A DNA stretch of 64,000 nt from Polymyxa betae A26-41. Lineage: Eukaryota > Protista > Endomyxa: Phytomyxea. Position 1 is the first letter of the stretch. The number at the start of each line of letters is the position of its first letter. Positions 14,895-27,637 of this stretch are shown here, in pieces. The notes beneath the pieces are model-generated. The model made no database searches. It was not told the DNA's origin and saw only the letters and a list, made by a program, of their open reading frames with translations. Both the position numbers and the translations under genes were made by a program. Location: the NCBI GenBank assembly GCA_003693705.1, contig RBZT01000646.1, positions 31,228 through 95,227 on the forward strand, given 5' to 3'.

Positions 14895-15344
14895 TTAATT
14901 ATTCTGATCGTTGAGTTCGTCCCATTCGTCTAGGAACTCCTTCACGCTCTGAGATGAGAGCGATTTGAGCAGCTTCGTGGTTTTGTCGTTGAACTCCTCC
15001 AAGCGGATCGGGACCGCAGTCTGCAGCGAGTAGTGATCGGTATGTTCGTGATAGAGGCAAAGATCGTCGGGCAGCTGCATGCCTTCTGGAAATCGATAGA
15101 TTCGCGGCTCGCCCTTGAACGCCGTCAGAATGCCAAGCATGTTTTCACCAGCGGGTCTCAAGCTCATGCCGTTCGGTGTATGGAACACGTCGCCCGTCAT
15201 CGGCAAATACAACCCGTTGTCGTCCAGTTTCAGGTCGAACGACGATCGGCTTTTCAGTCGCTGCGTTTGAAAATCCCGCAGCGACACCGGCAACCGCGCC
15301 TGGATTCGGTACAGCGTGACCGGGACCCTGGTGTAGCGCTTCAT
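14895..15344 (-). CDS. Tse2-like ADP-ribosyltransferase toxin domain protein, intronless
   Basis: 149 aa: VTLYRIQ...SFDL...PNGMSLRP...IYRFPEGMQLPDDLCLYHEHTDHYSLQ...EFNDK, the motif order of the ADPRTs_Tse2 family. Visibly GC-richer than the flanks. Confidence 0.75.
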   Translation of the reverse strand: MKRYTRVPVTLYRIQARLPVSLRDFQTQRLKSRSSFDLKLDDNGLYLPMTGDVFHTPNGMSLRPAGENMLGILTAFKGEPRIYRFPEGMQLPDDLCLYHEHTDHYSLQTAVPIRLEEFNDKTTKLLKSLSSQSVKEFLDEWDELNDQNN

Positions 15345-16134
15345 TTCTGCACTGGCTGATCACAATCTGAAATGCGTCAAGGACACCGGTAGCCCTCATC
15401 GCCTACGCAGATGTGAGGCCGTATCCACCTTACCAACTCACACTTTCTTGTATCCCTATCTGAGCACGAGATCAGAATATCATTTAGCTCTAGGCAAATC
15501 CAAACTTGATTAAAAGAGTCCTAGATATCACAGTTTTTATTCCATTTTCAAGCTATCGATGCGAGGAGTCAAATTGTTCGCTCTAATGTTAGAATTGAAC
15601 TAAGAGCCTAATGTCGCTATTGGCGTTCAAAGAAGCCATGTTGGCTTACCGTGCATCTGCTGCTTTGCTGATGCAGAAACAGCGATCGAATCGAGCATGT
15701 CGTTACAGCATCATTAAAAGCCAATGCAGATCTGCAAAACTGCTCAGGGCAATGAAGTTATGTAAATACGAGCGTCCATTGAAGAGTAGACGCGTACGAT
15801 TCGCCAGGCTCTCTTTGGCAATGTGGTGTTCAATCAAGCAGCCGCCACGAGCGCCATCATTCTTCTGACTCGTGCTTTCGACATGATGCAACCAGTGCCT
15901 GGATGGAACGCATCAAGGCGAGGCTTCGTTGGCCAGCTAGGATAACTACTTTCGTAACATTTGACGTCGTGTGCCCAATTATGGTCCAAACTCAAGCTTC
16001 GATTGTGTGCCAGCCATGGGAACTGGGGTAATCGTAACAATCCAGTTTTTGAAGCTGAACAGAATTTCGTATAGTTTATAAAAGCATACATTGAGATTAA
16101 GGACATTGGTATGATTTCTGTTGAGGAGCAGGAT

Positions 16135-18993
16135 TTATCTATACAGGAACAGCCGTTCAATGTTAGATTGCAACGTTTCAACTGAAGCGTCAATAATGAC
16201 AGAAGCGTTTTTGGCAGTCAAAGAAACAGCTGGATAAACAGGACCGGAGAGTTGGATGAAAGCAATCCCTTGGCTAGTGCCGTTTTTGAAAAACTCTAAT
16301 GTCAAGTTGTCGAAATCCATTAATACTCCTATTCTATCGCCTTTGCCATATTTGGTCCCGTAGCTAGTGGTTCGACCTATAGACAATTGAGAATGACGAG
16401 TGAAATCGGTTTAGATGAATGAGAACCTGAATCAAAGCCTTTGCCTCCAGTTCCAGCAAAATAGCCCCATGAAGCTTGTGCTCCTATCCAAAGCTTCTGA
16501 TGACTGAAATCGTACGTTTTCGGAATAACACCAACACAGATCTTCCAACTATTCGTTGTAGAAGGGCATTCCTGTGAGCGGATCAATTCTGAAACCTAAA
16601 GGATGCTGTTCCCAAAACCTCAATAAACACTTCAAAATATCTTCTGCCAGTGGAATATGGAAGCAAACCACCACAAGCCCGCCATTTGTCTTTGGAACCA
16701 AGATTTTTGACACGAAGGCACTGATTTTCCAAAACGAGATCGGAACTCAACTAAAAAATGTCAAGATAATGAATACTTGAACGTCGATACGCCAACCTTA
16801 GCTCGATCCCAAACGTTAGAGAAATTCTGAATGACTCTTTGTAGAGTTAATTCTCTTTCTTGCGACTCTTTTAAGTATTTATGAACGAGGTCTGGTTCAG
16901 CTTCGCGAATCGTCACGCAGCTTCCCTAAATACAATTAAACCAAATAATAAGCTTCAGGCTCATTACAGTAGCAGTCATCGAGACGGCAGGGTGAACAGG
17001 TCCCTCTAGATTTCTGAATGCTACGCCTTGCGAGACTCCGTTTTTGAAAAATTCGACGGTTTTAGCATCAAAGCTGCAATACAATTGAACATTAAGGTAA
17101 TTCATGCGGGTCAAGTGATCGACTTACTCTAGAAGAATACCAATGACATCACCATGCCCGAATTGATCGCCATATGGAGCGCTTTGTCCTGAATTGTTCG
17201 CTTTGCCTCCAGTACCGGCAATGTAAGCCCACGAGTCTGGTTTCAATGATCAATCGAATAACCCTCAAGAAGGCGATTCAACCTTGTGCTCCTACCCAGG
17301 CCCGGGCATGCGTGCATGAAAACGCAGCCGGAACGACGCCCACACAAAATCGCCAAGAATTCGTGCTTTTGGCGTCATTTTCAATCATGATTTCAACAAA
17401 TTTCTTTCCCGAAGAATAGGAAACCAATGCCCTGTCGAAATTGTGATATCGCATTAGTTTGAGACTACAAATTTACCTGCATGTACGCCATTTGTCTCCA
17501 GACCCTTCATTGACAGCGCGCACGAGATTATCGTCTGGGTAATAGATTGCCTAAGTTTACGTATCAATAACTTCTGAAGCCATCTTGTGAAGTCGAACAT
17601 AGTCTTTAGAGGCCGAAAAAGCGGCATCCCATGCATTTGAATTGGAGCTCTGGAGCTGAGTGGCAAGCTGCGATTGAACCTCAGGGATTGTCATATTCGC
17701 CCAACGCAGCTTTCGTTGGTTCTCCATGGCGTAGAATCTGAGCAACGATCTCAATATGCTTATAAAAAAGGTGAAAAAGCAATGCTACTTTTGCATTATC
17801 GAAGCCATCTTTGCAGGCATATCATCGACGATTCGAACTTCTGAATCCTGAGAATCCTCAATTTGAAGAGAATGTGCTTCCGAATGGCATAAGTTACTTT
17901 TGCCGTTAATGAAACCGCTAGATGAACGGGCCCAACCAAGTTATCAAACGCCACACCTTGAGAGGCACCGTTTTTGAAGAACTCGATTGTACCAGCAGTG
18001 AAATCGAGGGAAACCCCAATAACATCACCTTCGCCTATTCAAAATTGGATTCAGAACTAATCGTCGTTCGCCGGTAATAAGCACATGCCCCATTCAGCTC
18101 CGTAATCTAAGGATTTTCCGGAATCGTGGCATTTTCCTCCAGTACCAGAGACATAGGCCCATGATTTCTGACTTCCAACCCAGCGTCGGTCAGCGTTGAT
18201 TTTAAAACCAATAGGGACAACGCCGAGGCAAATTTTCCATGTGTTTGACGTTTCAGGCAGCTTGACGACCTTAACCGCTGTAAAATATTGGCCCCTAGCG
18301 GGCACTGGATGTAATGTATGAACAGTGCACCACTGGTCTAGCGATCCTGTGAACCATGAGCGATAGCAACAATCATACTCAGTCAGAAAAACGAACCTTT
18401 ATTCCTGGCTGTGAGTCCGTCAAGTTCCAATGGCACATCGATATGAGGAGAATTTTGCTCCAGCATCCAGCAGCGTCCCAATGCTGATAACTCTGCTATT
18501 CTAGCGAGTCGTGCCTCTTCTTTCAGTCTCGCCTAAGAATGTGTTACATTAACAATCACAAAGTGACGACATCAAACCTCTTCTTCCCGCTTTTTCTGTT
18601 CTTCTTCTTCAGCAAGTCGTTGCGCTTCACGTTTGGCGCGACTAACTTCCGTTTCTATTCAACTTTACATTACGAGACCAGCGAGACGTAAAGACGGAAG
18701 GACAAACAACAGAAAGACCGAAAACCGAAAACTTGTACTATACACGAACCAATTGCTTTGAGAGTGACCTGCGAACTTGATTTTTTGTCCAACGCTTCCT
18801 TGAAGATATTGTCGTCCAGCGGTTCCCCTGTCGACTTGCGGAGTTCGAATTCATGGATCGTGAAAGCATGCCACAAATGATATCTCGTAGTGACCTCAGC
18901 CAGAAGGTTATCTACTCGGACTGGATCCTTCAGCTGAATTGTGAGCTGGTCCTGGACCAGGTCAGTATCAACTGCCACCTGAACCCTAACCAT
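16135..18993 (-). CDS. Protein with three tandem SPRY/B30.2 domains, N-terminal ubiquitin-like-sized domain and coiled coil
   Basis: Three repeats of a W(K/R)xCxGVxP...W(V/I)G(S/A)QxSW(A/G)YxxGTGGK...GDxIG(V/I)...EFFKNGxSQGxAF block at about 17940-18390, 16950-17520 and 16150-16800. Confidence 0.85.
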
Positions 18994-19213
18994 GACGAAG
19001 GATTTGGCTATCAAAGTGCAGTCAAGCAAAGAACTGCTCGACTGCAACCTCAACGTAAAGGCTGCGCCTCTTAGTCGAAGCTTCCCTTTCAAGTCCAGAA
19101 CGGAACCGCATCATAATCACTCTCGTGTTCTTGCTGACAAAGCTACATGCCTATCTACATACATGTATAAGCAAACCACCTCGTCAATATCGTTCTATGG
19201 ATGCCATCATCCC

Positions 19214-20252
19214 TTATTTATCTAAGAGATGGGAGAAAGTGGGACAGGCGCGAGCGACAGGGATGCGTTCTTCATGAGGAATATCTGCAAATTCCCATTC
19301 ACCATCGACATTACAACGCCGGGTTCGGCGCCAGACTGTCAGTGAATCCGAGCTGGTCGGGAACGACGGCAATGGGACCGAGAGTAGGAGATGAAATTTT
19401 GAGGCGAGTTCTAACTGTGCTTCAATGCCTATGGACTTCCCGCCTGGGTTCGATAACACTGTCTGTCCAAACCACTCTCCAACCAATATTACCTAAATGT
19501 CGATTCAATTTGCAATCCAGATGGATCTGAAGTCTCACAGTGTCACCGCAATATTTTTCTAGACATTCAGCAGCAAGAGAAAAATCTTCGCTTTCTTCAA
19601 AGTCATCAGGATAGCATAAGAACAGAGCTCGGTTTGAATGCTTTGAAAGGTGCTCGCTTCCTAAAGCAGAAAATTAGTTGTACAGGTATTACAGAGAGGA
19701 AAAGAGGCATCCCTCCTTGAACAATTCGAGTCCAGGCGTCTACAGGTTTTGGCAAGTGCTTATCGTAAGCAATGATATCCACGCCCATTTCTCGCAGAAG
19801 CCGACACCAATATCCTGACCACGATATCGTTTAGAATATGCTGGAAATATATTCCTGAATGGAGGAATACCTTTTCCACAACCAATTTCAATTATAGGCG
19901 AAAATTCTTTGATAATATGGAGTGCACGAGAATCTGGAATAGCCCAAGCAAATCGATCGAGGGCATCCAATGGTAAGGAAGAAAACAGTTTTTCCCGTTC
20001 TTCATCAGATACATCTTCAGCGAATATTCGACGCTCAAGATTTTGTTGTTCTGACTTCCGCTTCCACTCTTGGAGTAAGTCCAGAAACGGATTTGGACTG
20101 CTCAGAGTTCTGAATTTACTATTGGAGACAGATTTCGCTCGCGCTTTTTTGGACTTTCTTTGTGTCGAAATCAACGATTGCTGCTGTATTCTTCGTTTTT
20201 TCGCTCGAAGACCGTCCAGTTTAGAACGAAGAGTATTGGTAAGGTCATCCAT
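19214..20252 (-). CDS. Class I SAM-dependent methyltransferase-like conserved protein
   Basis: RFAWAIPDSRAL, IIEIGCGKG|YW, VDIIAYD, ALFLCYPD and VGEWFG. Confidence 0.75.
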
Positions 20253-20419
20253 TATGGATTGATCACAAGTCCGAGAGTTTTGCAAAAAATTGAAATGCGG
20301 GATTTATTGGAAATCCGATTTGCAGAACCCTGCACATATTATGATATCCTAAGTAATTACAATACAGTATTCTTGTTCGAGTCTAGTGGCAGTCTGTGGA
20401 ACTATCAAAGTTAAAGGTC

Positions 20420-23292
20420 TTAACAAATAGACTGTACAGAAGGCCGGTGCTGCGATTTGTTACACGGAGATGGCCCAAGTGATTTTCTAGAAATCGATGA
20501 CCTTGAAACATTGTTGACATGCCGCATCACCCAAGCATAAATTTCTTTTTCAGAAGGATGAATCGACATCTGAACCGCAGGGCCTTCCGTAGAAGATCTC
20601 ATGCTAAATTTGAAGTTGGATCCAAGACGCCCATGTCGAGACCCATGCCTCTTGTAAGTCGCCCGCTTAGGGACGAATCGTGCGAAACCCCAAATTGTTG
20701 TCAGCATGATTCGCTGGATCCAGAGCAGAAGTGTAATCGGAAACCTGCCAAAAATGTAGTGTTCTTAATTGGGTACCACAATTCCTCAGGAAAATGATTA
20801 CCAGATTGCGATAAAGAAGATGAAAAAAGAAACTTGTTCCCGGATGATCACAGAATCGCTAATTGGTTTTTTCAAGGAATTGCACACACTGCATAATTCT
20901 ATTTCTTGCAGCGGCAGGGATTCCAGCAACGATGTATTACAGGCTAAAATAATCAACAACTATTCAAATTAAGTGAATGTTTCAGTCACCTTCCAGATGA
21001 AGCATCCACGACGTAAGCACATCCAAAATCTGAAACCGATTCCTTCGAGGGTTTTGTGAATAGCAATATGCACAGACCCAGCCATCTGCAGAAGAAACCA
21101 TCATCCTTTTGATTGCGCTCCAAGCTAAGATGGGCAATGCTAGTATGGATATAAGCAAGTTTGCAGGTGCAGGTAGTACACAATTTTCTGAATGCTAAAA
21201 TCAATATCGTAAAAAACATGACGGAATCGTCGGACCAGCATGTGTTTCGACAATTAAATGAGCGAATCCAAACCCGTACTCAAGCTCTGAATGATCACGA
21301 ACCCTCCTATATGTGCTGTTCTAAAATGGAAATAAGAGTCTTCGAAGTTAGCGCTCATCCCTCAATACCAAAATGGCTACGATCATGGTCTAAATAACAG
21401 TCAGCAGTTGGACACAAAGCAGCTTTAAAAGGGACTAGACTTTTAGCAAAATCAAGGTGGATATGAGAAGAAACAAACCCAGTAAGGTTTTGGCCACGAC
21501 CCGCTTCCCAGAAGTTAAGTCTGTAAAGTCGCTGAATGAATACTGGGACAATGCAGCTTGATACAGCGTGAACCAGGCTCCAAATACAGTTCGATAGGAT
21601 TCCACAGTATCACCGACTGCACAAATCTATTGAATGCAAAGAAACATTACTTGTCTTGATACTGACCAACATAAGTTAGGGCAATTCCAAATCCCATACA
21701 GAAAACGGCAAGGAAGAGACTGCAATGAGCAATATATGCAGTCAGCAGCGGCAACGTTCGATTTAAGACGCCAACAGTTGGTAGCACCGTAAACTGGCGC
21801 GTCAGCTTCAACCAAAGCAAGATTATGAAGAGAGATTCGCTGCCCCAGAGCACAACTTGAGTGCCTTTCAGGTTAGTCTTATCGAATGTTCCGCTAGATC
21901 CCAAGAGTCGCACAAATGCTTTGAGCAGCATTGCAGCCCATAGACATAAGCTCTGGAAAAATCATTAAGTTAATGCTATGACAGTGGCAAACATGGCTTC
22001 ATTACAACACAGCTCCATCCGGAACGGCGATACCGCTCGAATGTAATTCGATGGACCTCAGCTATTTCTACTGAAATGTACCCGATTCCAAGAATCCAAA
22101 CCGCCATTTCGTGATTGGCAATTGCGTTTTGGATACCAACCCGTGCTAGTGCCGAGTAAGATGATAACATAACATATGCCCAAAGAAATATAATATGAAG
22201 CTGGAACTGGAACCAAGTTTTAGTATCTTTGCTAACACTTATCTCAAGCTTATTACCTTCACTCGGTTGGTTTCAAGAAACCTAAAGACCATATCAGGTT
22301 TTGCTATTTAGCCAACGTGCTGCATACTGTTTCGGATGTCGCTGTAGCAGAACGTCCAGTCGGTAATGAACAGGAACGTAGCCAGGGGCAGAGAAAGTCT
22401 GAATATTCACCATTAGTCCAAACAAATCATAAACAATCTGCTACAAGAATTTGAACAAAAAAACATTTGACAATCCCCTAATTACGAGAACCAGGAACGC
22501 TTCGAAACTGGGAAACTAATACCGGTTGCTTTAAGTATCTCGGTACTGCCCAGATGTTGAACAGAATTCGGGACACTAATGGATCGGCAATAAATTCCAT
22601 ATTGTTGGTCGCCAGAGCCAGTTCAAGAGCAGATCCCCCTAGAGCCGGATCCCTAACTTGTAAGGCCAATGCTGCTACATGCTCACTTCCGATATTCTTC
22701 AGCAACTCAGTTGACAGTTTCGTACAGAAGTTGGTCTCTGCTATCAGCAGCCCATATCTTCCCACCTGTTTGAATAATCAAACAACAGTGAAGTTTAGAG
22801 GCAGAACAGTACATGTTTCTTTGCTAGTTTGTAACAGCATGATCCTAGCACGATGGCAGTTGCGATAGGAGCTTTGGAAGTCAGCACGATGTGATTCGTC
22901 AGCATCCGAAGTCGTTCTGGCGTGAAAGTTATATGCGAGGCGAAAATGTTATACGCTTTGATCTTCTCCAAAACATCTAGCGTGTTAACAATTTTCAACA
23001 GGATCTCGTACGTGGCGTCCGTCGGAGTCGTCATGAAGCAGACCCAGGCGAGATCGAGCAGATAGAACTGGGTCTCGACAATGGTGATAGGCGCATTGAA
23101 GTCCACTCCATGCTTAGAAAATTCCTCTATGTCACCGTTGACAATGGCTCGTAGCAAATCGACGTTTGCACCGTCGGCGCAATAGTCTTTTAAAAAGGGG
23201 GACCTTGGTGACAGCAGTGTGTCTTTAATCCATTCGTAAAGAGGCTGGTGTTTGGGCCGCGTCTTCAGTTGGTATACGGATGAACGAGACAT
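20420..23292 (-). CDS. TRP-like cation channel, paralog 1 (multi-exon)
   Basis: GSEHVAALAL...SALELALATNNMEFI, six hydrophobic segments, RYRRSGWS, WLKLTRQF...GVL, pore region FTLYQAALSQY, and post-TM PQYQ/TRP-box-like region. Confidence 0.75.
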
Positions 23293-23381
23293 TGGGTCAT
23301 GACGGGCCCTGGGCCAGGGGCGGTCTCCTGATCGGGATGGCGATGACAGGCAGGCAGTCACATTTTTAATTGGCTGTTCCC

Positions 23382-26300
23382 ATGAATGGGGCGGCTGGAG
23401 CCAAGGCCGCCGCCACGGCTGCAGCGACGGCATCGGTTACAAGAATGAAGGAGAGGCAACAGCGGGCCGTCCTGCAGAGCTCCGTCCATCAGCAGTTGCA
23501 GGCGATGCTGTTGTCGTCGCCCCCGGAAGTGATGTTCGATATCAGTGCGGCAATGAAGGAATTACAGAGGCAAATTCGTGATGGAATGCAGATCAAAGTT
23601 ATCCGGCAGAAGATTTTTGACACGGATGAGCTACAATGGGCAAAACTGTTGCAATTATCGATTGCCACATCCGGTTTGAACGTAGGCCTGAGGCTAACTT
23701 GCAGCAGGATTCAATTGTTGCTAGATATTGACGTGGTGAAAAAGTTCTGTGAGGCCCGAGTAAACTTGAATATAACCGATACTCTGCAAGGAATTCGCTT
23801 CACTTTTTTTCAGGTAACTTTCATTGTGTGACATCACGAGACATTTTTTGTCTGCTGCACAACTATTCATGTTTAGCAGTTTGCTTCTTTTTTACCTTGA
23901 GAGAGTCAATAGCTCTGTTGTTCTTGCACCTGCGGTTTAAGCTGTACTATCTTATGGCTTGGAACGTTCATTAGCTTGGCGTGCTTCTGATGAAATGACT
24001 ATTTCTCACACCGATGCGCTGCAGTTGGCAGGCGCTGCTTTCGACAATCGCCCGAGTCCTGTCGCGCTTGCTGTCATGGGAGAAATCGCTGCTTTTAGCA
24101 ACACTTCGCAAACGCTGGAGTCATTTCGGGTTTTTCTGAGATACACGGACGTGCAGCCGGACGATCTGCAACGACTCGGAACTCGGATTGTTTCCGGATC
24201 GCTCTATCCGATTGTTGTATCGATTCAAGTAAGCGATCACATTCTTGTGCACCATTTCTTATTCAATGAAGCTGGCGGATGTTTTCTATCGAGCTGGAGC
24301 GAAGATCATTTCAAGACGTGAACAACTGGAGCAAGTGGGATCGTTTTTTACGGATCTGGCTCTACAGTTGTTGAACAGCCTTGGCTCGGATCATATTGCG
24401 GCTTTGGCCTTGGAAGCGCGCAACGAACAAGGTATCAGTGCAGTAGATGCCGCCTTGGCGACAAACAACATGAACTTCATGGTAAATTCAATTCCATCGT
24501 TTCTATTTGAGCATAATTTGTTGCTTTGTAGACTGATCTACAAGTGTTTCGTATTGTTTCCAACATCTGGACCAGCTCCGATTATCTGGGCCAGACCGTA
24601 ATGGTCGAGCCAGGCCAGAGAGGAAATCGACCGCCTTTACATCGACTTTTGGTCATGTATCCAATGCAGTTCTTTCGCCTAAATAAAGCCAAGGTAGCAT
24701 CATATGGATTACTCGAGTCTGAGGCTGTCAAAATTTGCACTTTGTTTTCATGCAAATTCTGCCTTAACATAGATCTCAGTTTATTCTTCGAACCGTCGGC
24801 TTCGTGTCCTTCTTGGTGTCTCTTTCCGCGACAATGTTAACTCGGCCGCAGACTGACGTATACACAATCTATGTGTTGACTTCTTACGCTGATCTCTGTC
24901 TTAGGAATCAATCACATGGCTTGAGGTGCAGACCTGGGTAGCAGGAATCGGCTTCATTATTAGCGAAATAAGCGAGATGTCGCGCCTTGGACTTCTCAAA
25001 TACTCCAGTTCTGGCTGGAACCAGATAGACGTCACAGCTTGGAGTTGCTTGACAATTGCGGCAGTTTGGAGAATAATCTGTTTCGCCACACTATCAGGCC
25101 CTGCCATATATCAGCAATCAGTATGGAAGGGATGGATCCGTTGCCAGTTTGGCATTGATAAGTGATTAGGTCTACGATGGGCTCATGTCGTTCATTGTCG
25201 TCATTTTGTGGGTACGGCTGACTCGTGCCTTCGCCATTAATTCGTCACTGGGCATTTTGACTAGAATGCTGAACCAGTTTGCAAGAGATATTTTCGTCTT
25301 CAGCTTATTGCTTTCTGTCATTATTGTCGGGTAATTGCATTGAAATTTGGTTTTCTTCATCATGTTAATTGCTCTGGGGAGTTGTTATTTCCTGTTGAAA
25401 TGTTATCCAATTTCTTCCTTACCGATGAGCGATCAATTTCTGGCTCTGCAGTGTTGAGCGAAACGTTCAGGTTCGGCATCGCCTTATGTGCAGTGGTGGG
25501 GGATGAAATCGAAGGATATCATTCAGTAGGCGGGTCACTGTTCACATTGTACCAGTCTGCTTTGGGTCAGTTTGATTTCTCGCCATTCCAGACTTTGGAT
25601 ACCGGAAAACGATTTGTTGCCCAAACGCTTCTTGGCGTTTTTCTTCTGGTTTCGATCGGTATGTTAGAACGAACTGACAGTGAAGTGCTTTGATAAAATT
25701 GATCATCAGTGGTGCTTGTCAACTTACTCGTTGCAATGATGGTCAGTAACTTCTCCCTCTCTTTTCGAAACTCATCAATTTCGTTCAGGCGGATACTTAC
25801 ACGAAAGTTCAAGATCGAAGCCAAAAGGAGTTCCTCTGTGGGTGGTCAGAGCTGACCTGGGAGATTCATCAAGAAACTAATACTTTACCGCCTCCATTTA
25901 ACCTGATTGTGTACGCTTTGGCTCTACCATACATCTTGCTACGAAGCTGTCAAGATTATGTAAGTAGAGCCTCCTTCATTATTTTCTTGGCTATTAGGGA
26001 TGGCTTGTGGAAAGAGATAACTGATGTGTTGACGCATTCTGTTAGGCCAATGAGATTTCGAAAAAACCAGCTCCAAAAATGACATCGGTTCGTGGCAAAC
26101 CATTACCTGCTATTATCGAACAGCGGCTGTCAATGTCGATGCCGGGAAGTATTGTCGCAATGGAGACTATTTCCCCTGAGTGGATCTGTGGATTTTGTTG
26201 GACCGTAAACGCTCTTCGATCCAGTTATGAAAACCGCATGATGACTGAAAATTGGATCTCCAAGATTGAAGGTTGTTGGATACGCGAGTCCTTATCATCA

Positions 26301-26807
26301 AGCATCATTCGTGCTTCCAGGCTCGGTACCAGACTCTTTGCAGTTTATACCAGAAGGGAGTGTTAGCCTTTGCGTTCAGTGTAAATCTCTGAAGCGTCCA
26401 ATTTCCAGAAGACAAAAGCGTATTGAAAAGGTTAGACGATTGGTTGCTTGCCATTCTCCCTGTTTGAGGATGAAAAATTAGATCTCATTCAGCATATTTA
26501 TGACTGTAATTTGGTTCCCTGCTTCTCTTGTCCTTGTTGGACCACATTTGGTTGAATATTTTCTGAGAACCTCCTTCACCTCAATGAAGCGGGTTGCACT
26601 TCGGCTTAATGCAATCAGACGCAAGGATGAAGTACGTTTCACATTGACTAATCTAAAAATTAAGTCCTGTCTTTGTAGGTAAGAAAAACAGGGTTTGTCG
26701 ATGAACTTCCTCCAGATCGGATAAGATCGACCGAAATAAATGAGCACACAAAAAGATGGGTTTGCTCAGCAATCCAGTCACTCGCTTCAAACGTGCTGGA
26801 GTCATAA
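23382..26807 (+). CDS. TRP-like cation channel, paralog 2 (multi-exon)
   Basis: GSDHIAALAL...SAVDAALATNNMNFM, KYSSSGWNQID, WVRLTRAF...LGIL, FTLYQSALGQFDF, VLVNLLVAMM|ADTY and TLPPPFNL (TRP-domain LPPPFN). Confidence 0.85.
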
Positions 26808-26999
26808 CAAATAGATATTAATCAGGCAACTTGAATTAAAGATGGAAAGTGGCAATCGGCTCTAATAATCGGCTCTAGGGAATAAGCTATAAATATACAG
26901 TTTCTGAATATATTAGACAGTTCCATCCGAAGTGCTTGTTGAATAGTGTGTTAAATATCATTGCCTGAGCAAATGTGAAATCTGCCTAAAAAAATTGAT

Positions 27000-27453
27000 T
27001 CAGCACTGCAGCATTGAGACCTTTAACGCTGGCATGGAGTTTCCATAGATCCTTTGAAGTTCTGTAGCTTCAGCGTCGCATGGGAATCTTGTCAAATATG
27101 CACGAGAGCGATAGCTCGCCATGTTGTTGATATAACGCTGAGATTTCAGATTCTTTTAGTTTCTAGCTTATCGAGCCTGGGCGACGTCAAAGGCGAATTT
27201 GTGCAGGACCGTTTCTCCCATAGGTCGCACTTGCCCCGATACAATTCGCGTCAAATATGCATGATGCATCGTCTTTGGGCTGGTCAAGAATCAGACCCAC
27301 AAAGACCATATGAGAACATGGTCCCCATCCAGTTTCGCTAGTTACCATATTTGTACTGCAAAACTTTTGTATTTTACTGCCCAATATATGTTGTAAACAC
27401 TGCTCCATAGATTTGGTTAACTCAACGATTGACGATTGTGGTTGCTTGTTCAT
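27000..27453 (-). CDS. Small hypothetical multi-exon protein
   Basis: ATG ORF MNKQPQSSIVELTKSMEQCLQHILG followed by plausible short introns. No family recognised. Confidence 0.3.
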
Positions 27454-27637
27454 TCAGCACGCGCGTGCAAATTGAAATTCGAAGAGATTGATTTCATCGC
27501 TTTGGTCATCTCTTCATTTAAAAATCAATAACAGATGCTGAAGTTTTCCTTGCTCATGGTGCCTCTTGCTTTCAAAATGAAAGCATTTAAAGGCCAAAAC
27601 GTCTGATGGAAACACCATGTAACGATTGCAGAAAGGT

